From Eubacteriales bacterium (GTDB lineage: Bacteria; Bacillota; Clostridia; Oscillospirales; CAG-272), in assembly GCA_045652835.1 (NCBI GenBank), contig JAZOLE010000129.1:933-64932 (forward strand): a stretch of 64,000 nucleotides of DNA, read 5' to 3'. The notes beneath the pieces were generated by a model. That model was not told the origin of the DNA and made no database searches. It saw nothing but the letters and a program-made list of their open reading frames with translations. This document shows, in pieces, positions 1 to 9,110 of the stretch (within the stretch, counting starts at the first letter, position 1; each line of letters starts with the position of its first letter). The translations under genes were made by a program, and so were the position numbers.

Positions 1-123
1 CGTGCTTTAGGACTTGACCGTAACTGGGTAAAAAAGCAGTTCAAGAGCCACGGCTTATCACCGGACAAGGTGTTCTTTATGACTGCCGATGATGCAGGCA
101 ACGTCCGCATTCAGAAAAAATAA
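1..123 (+). CDS. 3' end of an unidentified CDS (last 40 codons, ...DDAGNVRIQKK*)
   Basis: Frame +1 is open from the window edge to TAA at 121-123. A hairpin plus T-run follows directly. Confidence 0.4.
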   Translation, partial: RALGLDRNWVKKQFKSHGLSPDKVFFMTADDAGNVRIQKK

Positions 124-156
124 CGACCGCCTCTTTCCGAGACGGTCGTTTTCTTC
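122..156. terminator. bidirectional intrinsic terminator between convergent genes
   Basis: Stem AACGACCG (122-129) pairs with CGGTCGTT (143-150). A T-run follows. Confidence 0.7.
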
Positions 157-187
157 CATATTATATGTTGCGCGTACAGAACTGATA

Positions 188-826
188 TCATGCTAAAAAT
201 TCGATCAGCTGATCCAAGCGATCAATGATCGGGCAACCGCAAACCTGCAGCTGCGCGCGGCTTTGGTGACCGCCACAGTACAGCACACAATCCGCATTCG
301 CGGCGCGCGCGACCTCCCAATCGTGCACAGAATCGCCTACAAACAGCGCCTTGGCATGCGGATGCGCCTCTCGCCAAGCAAGCGCCGTGCCGATCTTGCC
401 GCCTGCGTGAATATTATCCAGCCCCCAGATTTCCGCAAAATGGCTTTCAAGTCCGAGATCCTGCACCTGCCCCTTGAGCATTTGCAGCTCCGTAGCGGAC
501 AGCAGTGTTTGCGTATACCCCTGTGCAGCAAGTGCTTGCAGAGTTTGCTTTGCGCTCGGCATCAACGTGCTGTGCTTGTAATTTTCCATGTACAGCGCCA
601 CCCACTCGGGTGCCAGCACGGTGTAATAGTCCTCTTTTTCAAAGTCAAAGCCAACCTTGGCATAATAATCAATGATAGGAAAGCAGAACATTTCCCTATA
701 CGATTCTACGCTGTCGATCGTCGCAAGCCCGCGGCGCGAAAGCATATCGTTCACCGCATCTATGCCTGCGCGGATATCGTCCAGCAGCGTACCGTTAAAA
801 TCCCATACTATATCCGTATATTTCAT
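188..826 (-). CDS. HAD-superfamily hydrolase (phosphoglycolate-phosphatase-like)
   Basis: HAD motifs: N-terminal IVWDFNGTLLDD and C-terminal VGDSVHD. GGAGAAG RBS precedes ATG at 826. The ORF-track start at 877 has no RBS. Confidence 0.8.
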   Translation of the reverse strand: MKYTDIVWDFNGTLLDDIRAGIDAVNDMLSRRGLATIDSVESYREMFCFPIIDYYAKVGFDFEKEDYYTVLAPEWVALYMENYKHSTLMPSAKQTLQALAAQGYTQTLLSATELQMLKGQVQDLGLESHFAEIWGLDNIHAGGKIGTALAWREAHPHAKALFVGDSVHDWEVARAANADCVLYCGGHQSRAQLQVCGCPIIDRLDQLIEFLA

Positions 827-889
827 AGCTTCTCCAAAAGCAGCCCGTTGCGTTTGACGCAACGGGCTTTGCTTCATATATTATATAAA

Positions 890-3121
890 TTAGTTTGCGG
901 GAACGTCGTAGCCGTACTCGGTCAGCCAGTTGACGTAAATGGTGTAGGGAGAATTGCCCTTGGACAGGTCGTCATTGGAGGGATCATCGTCAGCATTGAG
1001 TTCCTCAGCAGCGTCGGGATCGTAAGCAGGATTGTTTGCCTTCTTGATCCACGCGTTGTCCTTAACGGATTCCTTGAGCTCTTCCTTGAGTGCAGTGATC
1101 AGATCCTCAAGCTCGTTGATGTTAGCACAAGCATCCAGTCTTGCCTGGATTTCTGCGCTCTTAACAGTCATCTTGTCGATCAAACCAGCGGGAACGTACT
1201 CAGGATCAGTCTTAGGCTTAACACCGGAATAGAAGGGGTCGATATCCAAGCCGTTTTCATCGCCGTCCAGTACGGTGTTGAAATCAAAGCCAAGCAGCGG
1301 GTCGATCAGAGACTCGTTGTTCTGCTCTCTTGCGCCTTCCCAAGCATCAGCTCTCTTGCCCTCGCCGGGATGTGCCATAAATACGTTACCGGTCTTTTCC
1401 AGCGTCATCTGATAATCATCATTGAGCATGGTCAGCACCTGGCCTTCGCTGGGCTCGCTGAGTTCATAGTTCTTGCCCTCAACGCCATACTGAAGCAGGT
1501 TACGAATGGTAGAGTTAGTGTTCAGATACGTAATGATATCCATGGATCTGCCGACTGCAAAGTGAGAATATGCGCTGACAGCGAACATGTTGCCATACAG
1601 CTCGTTCTCGGTTGCTTCGGGATACTCTGCAATTACAGCATAGTAGGTCTTGCCGTTGTAAGTGCAGTAGCCGTTCTTTTCCATATCCTTCTTGAAGGTG
1701 GAGTCGCCCTTGACAAAGTCAACTGCAACGGTCTGACCCTCGGCAGCTTCACCGAAGTAGCCTTCAAACTTGAAGTTCATCAGTTCACGGAGAATGTCCA
1801 GATAATCAGCCTTGGTGAACAGGTTGCTGAACTGCAGACGGATGCTGCCACGGTTACGGTTTGCAGCGCCGCCGTAAACAGTACCGAACATCGAGAAGGT
1901 GTCACCTTCCTGATCGTAGTAGTAGTTGTACAGCTTAACGGGCTCCTTGTCCTCGCCTTCTGCATCACCGATGTCACCGATATCGCCCTCTTCTTCCTCG
2001 TTGCCTTCCTGCTCCTCATAGGTCATGGACCAGTACCAAACCAGCATGTTCATGCACTCTTCGTAGGTAGCGTTCAAAGGAAGTACGTCAGGCTCAAACT
2101 TTGCGATATCAGCAAGGAAGTACTTGGTGTCAAGCACGTCTTCAACACCGTCAATGGTGTAGTAGTACTTGTCAAACAGCCCCTTGTCGATCATCATGTA
2201 GGTATATTCGCCAATGGAAACGTTATTGGGAACTGCATAAGTAGAACCGTCGATCTGTACACCGCTGAGCAGCGTTGCGGAGATGTAGTCGGTCAGCTTT
2301 CTGGAAGCACCGGTGATCTCCTCGTCCAGAGGCTGGATCCACTCGCTATCGATGAAATCATTGTAGCGCTCAAAGCCGGACAGATAGATGATGTCAACCT
2401 GATTCTTTCTCAGTTCAGGATATACGATCTCTGCGATCTCGTACTCGTTGTAGGAGGTAAGTTCCTCAACAACGCCGGTCTCTTCTTCGTCCTCGTCGTC
2501 ACTTACGTTAGCGAACTCCTGATACTGAGGATATTCTGCATAGAATTCCTTCTTCAGCTTTTCAGTATCGGTTCTGCCATCTTCCTTAGCGTCCTTGAGG
2601 TACTTCTTGAGTGCCTTGGCAGCCTTGTCCTTGAGCAAAATGTACTCTTCGTTCAGGATCATGATCTTAGTCAGCTTACCGCACTTTTCAAGGAATGCGG
2701 AAACTTCCTCTTCGGAAGCGGTTGCCTTCAGATCTTCGTATTTATCGCGGTCAAACTCCTGCACACCGTAGTACTGCTCTTCGGTGTAGTAATACAGGTC
2801 CAAATTAACCTTGAACTTAGACTTGGTGATCTTGGTAATTTCAGCCTCTACCTTATCGTAAGCAGCTCTGGTTGCTTCAGCCTCGGCAACTGCCTTGTTG
2901 TAAGCATCACCCTCGCCGTACTGTGCGAGAAGCTTGGCCTTCAGCTGTGCCATTTCCTCATCGGTATTGGCAACTTCCTTGTCGGAAATGACCCACATGG
3001 TCAGCGTAATACCGGAGATCTGCTCAACGTCTGCCGTGTCCTTCTTTTGGTTACAACCGGTCAGGAGAACAGTCAGCAGCATCAGCATGCTCAGCGTCAG
3101 ACAGATAAATCTGTTTCTCAT
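890..3121 (-). CDS. large extracellular solute-binding lipoprotein (ABC-type SBP-like), orphan
   Basis: Signal peptide with lipobox MRNRFICLTLSMLMLLTVLLTGC. GGAGG RBS before ATG at 3121. SBP-like body with acidic inserts. No permease gene is adjacent. Confidence 0.65.
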   Translation of the reverse strand: MRNRFICLTLSMLMLLTVLLTGCNQKKDTADVEQISGITLTMWVISDKEVANTDEEMAQLKAKLLAQYGEGDAYNKAVAEAEATRAAYDKVEAEITKITKSKFKVNLDLYYYTEEQYYGVQEFDRDKYEDLKATASEEEVSAFLEKCGKLTKIMILNEEYILLKDKAAKALKKYLKDAKEDGRTDTEKLKKEFYAEYPQYQEFANVSDDEDEEETGVVEELTSYNEYEIAEIVYPELRKNQVDIIYLSGFERYNDFIDSEWIQPLDEEITGASRKLTDYISATLLSGVQIDGSTYAVPNNVSIGEYTYMMIDKGLFDKYYYTIDGVEDVLDTKYFLADIAKFEPDVLPLNATYEECMNMLVWYWSMTYEEQEGNEEEEGDIGDIGDAEGEDKEPVKLYNYYYDQEGDTFSMFGTVYGGAANRNRGSIRLQFSNLFTKADYLDILRELMNFKFEGYFGEAAEGQTVAVDFVKGDSTFKKDMEKNGYCTYNGKTYYAVIAEYPEATENELYGNMFAVSAYSHFAVGRSMDIITYLNTNSTIRNLLQYGVEGKNYELSEPSEGQVLTMLNDDYQMTLEKTGNVFMAHPGEGKRADAWEGAREQNNESLIDPLLGFDFNTVLDGDENGLDIDPFYSGVKPKTDPEYVPAGLIDKMTVKSAEIQARLDACANINELEDLITALKEELKESVKDNAWIKKANNPAYDPDAAEELNADDDPSNDDLSKGNSPYTIYVNWLTEYGYDVPAN

Positions 3122-3200
3122 TGGAATTCCTCCTTGCAAATCGTAGCGCCTTATCCCCACCCCTTTTGGGCAGAGTATCAGCTATTATTCATACCAATAT

Positions 3201-3229
3201 ATTTTACACTATAATTGCCGCTATGTCAA
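3201..3229 (-). promoter_or_regulatory. sigma-A type promoter for the SBP gene
   Basis: The reverse complement reads TTGACA-17 nt-TAAAAT. Confidence 0.6.
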
Positions 3230-3431
3230 GGGAAATTTTGGCCTAGTTTGTAAACCTTTTTTGACCTTATATTCCCATACGTTTCGGCAGCTTGAAATCC
3301 CCCGTCATTTCCTACAAATCAGCCTTGTTTTCTTTGTTGGAAATTGCTGATGAAAGGTGGCAAAAGGGACGTTTTTGTGTCGTTTCAGAGGCTTTTGGCT
3401 CTCTGACAATTCACAATTTTTTTACAATAAA

Positions 3432-4550
3432 TCAGTCCAAAAATCCCTTGAGATGGCGTGCGCGGCTGGGGTGACGCAGCTTACGCAGTGCCTTTGCTTC
3501 GATCTGACGGATACGCTCTCTGGTGATTTCAAACTCCTGACCAACCTCTTCCAGCGTTCTGGTTCTGCCGTCATACAGACCGAAACGCAGCTTGATAACG
3601 TGCTCTTCTCTGGGAGTCAGGGTGTGCAGCTCGCGCTCGATGACCTCACGCAGAATGGTAGCGGATGCAGCCTCGGAGGGAGCGGGGGTATCCTCATCGG
3701 GAATAAAGTCGCCAAGGTGGCTGTCTTCCTCTTCACCGATAGGAGTTTCCAGCGAAACGGGGTCCTGCGCGATCTTGAGGATCTCGCGTACCTTGTCCGC
3801 GCTCATACCCATCTTCTCACCGATCTCCTCGGCAGTTGCTTCTCTACCAAGCTCCTGCAGCATTTGTCTGGAGTATCTGGACACCTTATGGATGGTCTCT
3901 ACCATGTGTACGGGAATACGAATGGTTCTTGCCTGATCTGCAATGGCACGGGTGATCGCCTGTCTGATCCACCAGGTTGCATAGGTCGAGAACTTGTAGC
4001 CCTTGGTATAGTCGAACTTGTCAACTGCCTTCATCAGACCCAGGTTACCCTCCTGAATCAGGTCAAGGAAGAACATACCTCTGCCTACGTATCTCTTTGC
4101 AATGCTGACTACCAGACGCAGGTTGGCTTCCACCAGCTCCATCTTGGCATCCTCATCGCCTGCTGCCATTCTCTCGGCAAGCTCGCGCTCCTTGTCTGCG
4201 GTCAGCAGCGGTACGCGGCCGATCTCCTTGAGATACAGACGCACGGGGTCGTCAATGGCAAGACCCTCTTGACCGAGCAGTCTTTCCATATTCTCACCGT
4301 CGCTGTAACGCTCTACTTCACTCTCGATCTCATCCATCTCGGCAGAAGAAATCTCATCGCCAAGCGGAATGCCGCTATCCTCCAATGCCTCATACAGCTT
4401 GTCTATACTGTCAAGGTCGTAATCCATTTCCTCCAGTGCATCGTCAAGATCCTCCGCGGAGAGATCGCCCTTCTTTCCCTTGGCGACCAGTTCCTCCATG
4501 GTGATCTTCTTTTCCTCGTGTTCACCGGTTACGATTTTGGTCTCATTCAT
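3432..4550 (-). CDS. rpoD: RNA polymerase primary sigma factor
   Basis: Sigma-70 regions 2-4 are present ([34 protein letters not shown]). It follows dnaG. ATG at 4550 (MNETK) is preferred over the RBS-less GTG at 4571. Confidence 0.93.
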   Translation of the reverse strand: MNETKIVTGEHEEKKITMEELVAKGKKGDLSAEDLDDALEEMDYDLDSIDKLYEALEDSGIPLGDEISSAEMDEIESEVERYSDGENMERLLGQEGLAIDDPVRLYLKEIGRVPLLTADKERELAERMAAGDEDAKMELVEANLRLVVSIAKRYVGRGMFFLDLIQEGNLGLMKAVDKFDYTKGYKFSTYATWWIRQAITRAIADQARTIRIPVHMVETIHKVSRYSRQMLQELGREATAEEIGEKMGMSADKVREILKIAQDPVSLETPIGEEEDSHLGDFIPDEDTPAPSEAASATILREVIERELHTLTPREEHVIKLRFGLYDGRTRTLEEVGQEFEITRERIRQIEAKALRKLRHPSRARHLKGFLD

Positions 4551-4591
4551 GATTTTTCGGTTTCCTTTCACGTTTTGGGTTCTTTATATTT

Positions 4592-6364
4592 TTATATTTT
4601 TTTCTTCTTTGCGTCAAGCAGCTGCTGAATAGACGCGACAGCGTCACCGGAATCCCGTGCGTCGCTCTTTTGCTTTTGCTCCTTGAGCGTTTGCACACTG
4701 GCGCGCAGCACAGCCGTGCCGTTTTCAGCCAGGGCGCGACGTCTTTGCAGCATGCTTTGCAGCCTACCCATCTCGTCGGGAGAGAAAACCTCACCCAAAA
4801 GCGAGTAGTTAAAGCCGCCCTCACTACGCTCCATTTGCATAATGCTTGCATAGGCGCGCTTACCAAGTCCCGAGAAAAAGTCCTCCTCGCCAAGCGCGAT
4901 TGCGCCCGAGGTGATCTGCTTACGGTGCTCGGGATACAGCATCAAAAGTCCGAGAATGGCTTCCTCTGCCGCCACCGCCTGCACGTTTTTGGCAGTATCG
5001 GGATTGACGCGGTCACCATAGCCTCTTGCCGAAAGGCTTGCTTCCTGCACCTGCTTTTGCTTGGCTGCGCGCAGCTTTTTGTTACGCGTGCGCTCCACGT
5101 CATTTTTCAGGCTCTCTGCGCTGATGCGCAGCTTGTCCGCTACGGTGGAGGCATAGATCTCACGCTCAACCTTGGAGGGCGAGAGCGCGATCAGTGCGCA
5201 CAGCTCCTCGGAGGCTTTAATGCGCTCCTCGGGAATATCCATGCTGTATTTGGCAAATATCTTTTCGGATTTATACGAAAACTCGGTGCGGCTGCCCTCC
5301 ACCAATCGGCGGAAGCGCGCGTCTCCGAATTTGCGCAGATACTCATCGGGGTCCTTTGCGTCATTGACGTGCAGCACGCGCACGTCCATACCAACCTGTC
5401 CAAGCACCTCCATCGCCTTGACAGCGGCACGCTGTCCCGCCTCGTCGGCGTCATAGCAAATGACGACCTGCTTGGTATATTTGGTCATCAGCCTTGCCTG
5501 CTCGGGGGTAATTGCAGTGCCCAGCGTAGCCACTGCATTTTCAAAGCCGTAGGCATGCAGCGAAATGACGTCCATATAGCCCTCGCAAAGGATCAATCTC
5601 TCTGCAGAGTGATTCTTTGCAAAATTGAGTGCAAACAGATTCTTGCGTTTTTGGAACGCAGGGGTATCGGATGAGTTGAGATACTTGGGCTTGGAGTCAT
5701 CCATCACGCGACCGCCAAAGGCGATGACGTTGCCTGCAGTATCGATAATGGGAAACATCACGCGATTGCGGAAATAGTCATAGGCTCTGCCGTTTTTCTG
5801 GCTGATGCCGCACAGAAAGCCTTGCGACAGCTCCTGATCGGTGTATCCCTTTTTGTGCATATAATCGGTCAGCATATTGAACGATCCCGGTGCAAAGCCA
5901 AGACCGAAATGCTTGATCAGTGCCATGCTCAGCCCACGCTTCTCTGTCAGATAGCGCAAGCCCTCTGCTCCGATGGGGTCAAGCAGACACTTGTGAAAAA
6001 ACTTGGCGGCTTCCCTGTTCATATCGTGCACGCGTGCGCGCGTCAGCCCACCCGCATTGTTCTTTTCTTTCTCATGCACAATGCGAATGCCTGCGCGGTT
6101 TGCAAGCACCTCAACCGCCGAGGGGTAATCCAGATTATCGTTTTTCATCACAAACGTGATGGCGTCGCCACCCGCGCCGCAGCCAAAGCAGTAAAAGCTT
6201 TCGCTATCGGGGAACACGGTAAACGACGGTGTTTTTTCGCTGTGGAAGGGGCAAAGACCGCCGAAGTTGGAGCCGGCACGCTTAAGCGTTACGTAGCTGC
6301 CGATCAGCTCCACAATATCCGTGCGGTGGCGTACCTCCTCCACGACTTCTCTTGGTATGCTCAT
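4592..6364 (-). CDS. dnaG: DNA primase
   Basis: Zn-finger CPFHSEKTPSF and Toprim segment EGYMDV...YDADEAG. Position upstream of rpoD fits the classic operon. Confidence 0.93.
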   Translation of the reverse strand: MSIPREVVEEVRHRTDIVELIGSYVTLKRAGSNFGGLCPFHSEKTPSFTVFPDSESFYCFGCGAGGDAITFVMKNDNLDYPSAVEVLANRAGIRIVHEKEKNNAGGLTRARVHDMNREAAKFFHKCLLDPIGAEGLRYLTEKRGLSMALIKHFGLGFAPGSFNMLTDYMHKKGYTDQELSQGFLCGISQKNGRAYDYFRNRVMFPIIDTAGNVIAFGGRVMDDSKPKYLNSSDTPAFQKRKNLFALNFAKNHSAERLILCEGYMDVISLHAYGFENAVATLGTAITPEQARLMTKYTKQVVICYDADEAGQRAAVKAMEVLGQVGMDVRVLHVNDAKDPDEYLRKFGDARFRRLVEGSRTEFSYKSEKIFAKYSMDIPEERIKASEELCALIALSPSKVEREIYASTVADKLRISAESLKNDVERTRNKKLRAAKQKQVQEASLSARGYGDRVNPDTAKNVQAVAAEEAILGLLMLYPEHRKQITSGAIALGEEDFFSGLGKRAYASIMQMERSEGGFNYSLLGEVFSPDEMGRLQSMLQRRRALAENGTAVLRASVQTLKEQKQKSDARDSGDAVASIQQLLDAKKKKI

Positions 6365-7393
6365 TTATCTGCCCCTCCAAACCTGCGGAATGAACAGATC
6401 GTTATAAAGCTGAATTGCATATCTGTCAGTCATGCCGGACACGTAGTCACACACGCAACGCTCAATCGATTCGTTGTCTATATTACGGCGATAGGATTCG
6501 GGCAGCTTTTCGGGGTGCCCCACAAAGTACTCGTAAAGCTTGATCAGCATATCCTCGGCTTTTCCCTCTTCGCCCTTGGCAACGGGATTGAGATACACGT
6601 TCTCAAACAGGAAATCGCGCAGCTCGTCGGTCGCCTGCTTTACCTCGGGGGTCATGCAGATATGATCCTGATCGGTAGAGGCACGAATAACCGAGGTCAC
6701 CATAGTGTTGATGCGCTGGGAATGCTTTTGACCAAGACACTCGCGCAGGTGCGCGGGAATATCCTGGATGGTAAGTATTCCTGCACGGCAAGCGTCGTCT
6801 ATATCGTGATTGATGTACGCAATTTTATCGGCGTATTTGACCAGTGCACCCTCAAGAGTGCTTGCGCCGCAATAGTCGATTGAGCCGGAATGGTGCTCAA
6901 TACCATCTCTGACCTCCCAAGTCAGGTTTAGACCTTGCCCGCTATTTTCCAACACCTCGACAACGCGAACGCTTTGCATATAGTGCGAAAAATCGGGAGA
7001 AAAGCATTTTTGCAAAGCACGCTCACCTGCATGACCAAAGGGGGTATGGCCAAGGTCATGACCAAGCGCAGCGGCTTCGGTCAAGTCCTCGTTCAGACGC
7101 AGGGCGCGCGCCATGATACGTGCGATCTGCGTAACCTCAAGGGTATGGGTCAGACGGGTACGGTAGTGGTCGCCCTCGGGAGCGAGAAAGACCTGCGTTT
7201 TGTTCATCAGACGGCGGAAGGACTGGCAATGCGTGATCTTATCGCGGTCACGCTGGAACTCGGTACGCAAGCGACAGGGTTCCTGATAGCGCTCGCGTCC
7301 TTTGGTTTGCGAGGTACGGAAAGCGTAGGGAGAGAGAGAAGATTCTTCCCTTTCCAAGAAAATGTTTACTAAGTTATCCTGTGTATGATCCAT
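6365..7393 (-). CDS. dGTPase-like HD-domain triphosphohydrolase
   Basis: HD motif RLTHTLEVTQIAR...GHDLGHTPFGHAGE. Abuts the dnaG start. Confidence 0.85.
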   Translation of the reverse strand: MDHTQDNLVNIFLEREESSLSPYAFRTSQTKGRERYQEPCRLRTEFQRDRDKITHCQSFRRLMNKTQVFLAPEGDHYRTRLTHTLEVTQIARIMARALRLNEDLTEAAALGHDLGHTPFGHAGERALQKCFSPDFSHYMQSVRVVEVLENSGQGLNLTWEVRDGIEHHSGSIDYCGASTLEGALVKYADKIAYINHDIDDACRAGILTIQDIPAHLRECLGQKHSQRINTMVTSVIRASTDQDHICMTPEVKQATDELRDFLFENVYLNPVAKGEEGKAEDMLIKLYEYFVGHPEKLPESYRRNIDNESIERCVCDYVSGMTDRYAIQLYNDLFIPQVWRGR

Positions 7394-7540
7394 GGTAAAA
7401 CCTCACTTTCCTTTGCAATACTTCGTTCAATATATAATATACGCACAAATTTGCGATTTTCCTTTTTTTCTTGCGAAATTTTTATAAACTTTTGCAAAAA
7501 ACATATGGAAGCCCCCCCCCACCCGGACACCCTCATGACG

Positions 7541-7692
7541 AAAAGTTTTGGTCGAGCTTTTCCAAAAGCCCGCGGGGTCTTGGGGCAGCGCCCCGAGTCG
7601 CCGCTGCAGCGGCGAAACCCCTACTCGCCGTTTAAATTCGCGAAGCGAATGAATGGTTCATTTTTTGCGGCTACTCCGTCAAAAAGAACGGA
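7541..7692 (+). repeat. family-A four-hairpin intergenic repeat, copy A1
   Basis: AAAAGTTTT lead. hp1 7556-7569, hp2 7579-7597, hp3 7598-7615, hp4 7656-7689. Confidence 0.85.
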
Positions 7693-7733
7693 GAGAGTCT
7701 TCTCAATGTGATGCGTCTTAAACCCATTACCCA

Positions 7734-7877
7734 CTTTTTTCTTTGACACCGCTGGCGCAAAGAAAAAAGTTCACAAAAAAGAAACGCCGAGAAGTTTCGC
7801 CCTCTGCGGAGGGCGACTTGGGGCGCTGCCCCAAGAGCCCCGGTCGCTTTTTGCAAAAAGCGACGCAAAAACTCTCG
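7734..7877 (-). repeat. family-A repeat, copy A2 (inverted, tail-to-tail with A1)
   Basis: hp4 7734-7769, hp3 7797-7816, hp2 7817-7835, hp1 7845-7862. Confidence 0.85.
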
Positions 7878-7905
7878 TGAGTGGGTTGTCCGTGGGGGGA
7901 GAAAA

Positions 7906-7937
7906 ATCGGAGGGTGACCGCACGGTCACCCTCCGAT
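7906..7937. terminator. bidirectional terminator downstream of yigZ
   Basis: TCGGAGGGTGACC-gcac-GGTCACCCTCCGA stem flanked by an A-run and a T-run. Confidence 0.75.
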
Positions 7938-7944
7938 TTTTCGG

Positions 7945-8586
7945 TTACTCTCCGATTTCATGATAGTCGTATCTCTCGCCCGTCTTTTCAGGCTCGCATT
8001 TTCCGTTGCTGATCTCCGAGATGCGTCGCCAAAGCGGTTCGCGATGCTCGTCCCTGACCGCAAAGCGTATGGTCACGCAATCCGCGTAATCCACCTCGTC
8101 CACCAAAGCGCCCATCTTGGGCAGCAGCAGATTGAACTTCTGGTAATCCGAGTACGAGCATACCATGCTGTACTCACCATACTTAAAATACGTAATAATA
8201 TGCGCAGCATCCAGCGCAATACGCGCTGCGTGCGAATACGCGCGCACAAGTCCTCCTGCACCAAGCAAAACACCGCCAAAATAGCGCGTGACCACCACAA
8301 CCATGTCGGTAGCCCCCGATTTGCGCATGCATTCCAGCACAGGCACGCCTGCAGTTCCCTGCGGCTCACCGTCATCGCTGTATCTTGCCACAATGCCGCC
8401 ACTCAGCAAATACGCCCATACGTTATGCGTGGCATCCGAATACTCGCGCTGCTTTTGCTTGACAAAGGCAGTCGCCTCTTCCTCGGACCTGATGGGCGCG
8501 GCATGCCCGATAAAGATCGAGCCGCGCTCTTCAAATTCTGCCGACGCCACCTTTTCCAGCGTCATGTAAAGCTGCTCGTTTGCCAT
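7945..8586 (-). CDS. YigZ/IMPACT-family protein
   Basis: Family-typical SIFIGHAAP...DDGEPQGTAGVPVL...VVTRYFGGVLLGAGGL. Confidence 0.8.
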   Translation of the reverse strand: MANEQLYMTLEKVASAEFEERGSIFIGHAAPIRSEEEATAFVKQKQREYSDATHNVWAYLLSGGIVARYSDDGEPQGTAGVPVLECMRKSGATDMVVVVTRYFGGVLLGAGGLVRAYSHAARIALDAAHIITYFKYGEYSMVCSYSDYQKFNLLLPKMGALVDEVDYADCVTIRFAVRDEHREPLWRRISEISNGKCEPEKTGERYDYHEIGE

Positions 8587-8588
8587 GC

Positions 8589-9107
8589 TTATCCCCTATC
8601 CAGACCTAACGCATCATAGATCGCGTCACGCACTACACCGTAGCGGAATGCCACGGGCTGCGCAATGCCGTCGGTGTGCATCAGTTCCTCAAAACGCTTG
8701 ATGGTGGTAAATCTCGCAGCTACCGTCTCGCCCTGTTGCAGCACAACCGCAGAGGCAGGCAATCCCGTTCTGTACAGATAGCACTCCACAAACGCAGACG
8801 GCTCACGGATCACGCGCAACAGCTGCAGATCCTCTTTTTTGGCTTTCAGCCCTGTTTCTTCCTTTAATTCACGTACCGCAGCCTCAATACCGCACTCGCC
8901 AGCAAGTGCGCCGCCTGCCGTGATCTCCCAAACGTTCGGGAAATTGGGTTTCTCGGGTGCACGCAGGGTCAAAAGGATCTCGCCCTTATCATTGACTGTA
9001 AAAATACTGACAGACAACACGTAGCAGCCCTCGGGAATGCTCTCACCACGCACGATGGGCGTGGCGAGATTATTGCCTTTAGCGTCAAAAATATCTCTTT
9101 TTTCCAT
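8589..9107 (-). CDS. NUDIX hydrolase
   Basis: Nudix box GGALAGECGIEAAVRELKEETGL. Confidence 0.85.
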   Translation of the reverse strand: MEKRDIFDAKGNNLATPIVRGESIPEGCYVLSVSIFTVNDKGEILLTLRAPEKPNFPNVWEITAGGALAGECGIEAAVRELKEETGLKAKKEDLQLLRVIREPSAFVECYLYRTGLPASAVVLQQGETVAARFTTIKRFEELMHTDGIAQPVAFRYGVVRDAIYDALGLDRG

Positions 9108-9110
9108 AGA

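Noticed and set aside
263-3214. 983-aa plus-strand ORF antisense to the SBP gene. Similar long antisense ORFs: 26604-28049(-), 31075-33591(+), 38946-40280(-), 15912-16922(-) and 16935-17885(-).
   Set aside because: Each lies in the antisense frame that shares codon boundaries with the real gene. I checked the coordinates modulo 3. In that frame, stops arise only from sense codons TTA, CTA and TCA, which these genes avoid. The products are low-complexity (V/L/G/I-rich) and lack RBSs and recognisable domains. They are a codon-bias artefact, not overlapping genes.
7385-7868. ORFs 7385-7711(+) and 7671-7868(-). Similar ORFs: 12017-12251, 22389-22696, 25077-25289, 25665-25939, 35797-36489 and 53255-53704.
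   Set aside because: These are translations running through the hairpin repeat families. The same peptide strings recur only because the DNA repeats recur, for example RALQRRPRRGRGPAASGARRNERPREKGP on both arms of family B. They have no RBSs and are interrupted differently in each copy.
7541-7877. Possibility that the palindromic repeats form a CRISPR array.
   Set aside because: There is no regular repeat-spacer periodicity. The units differ in sequence, are inverted relative to each other, and are scattered singly across the window. No cas genes are present.
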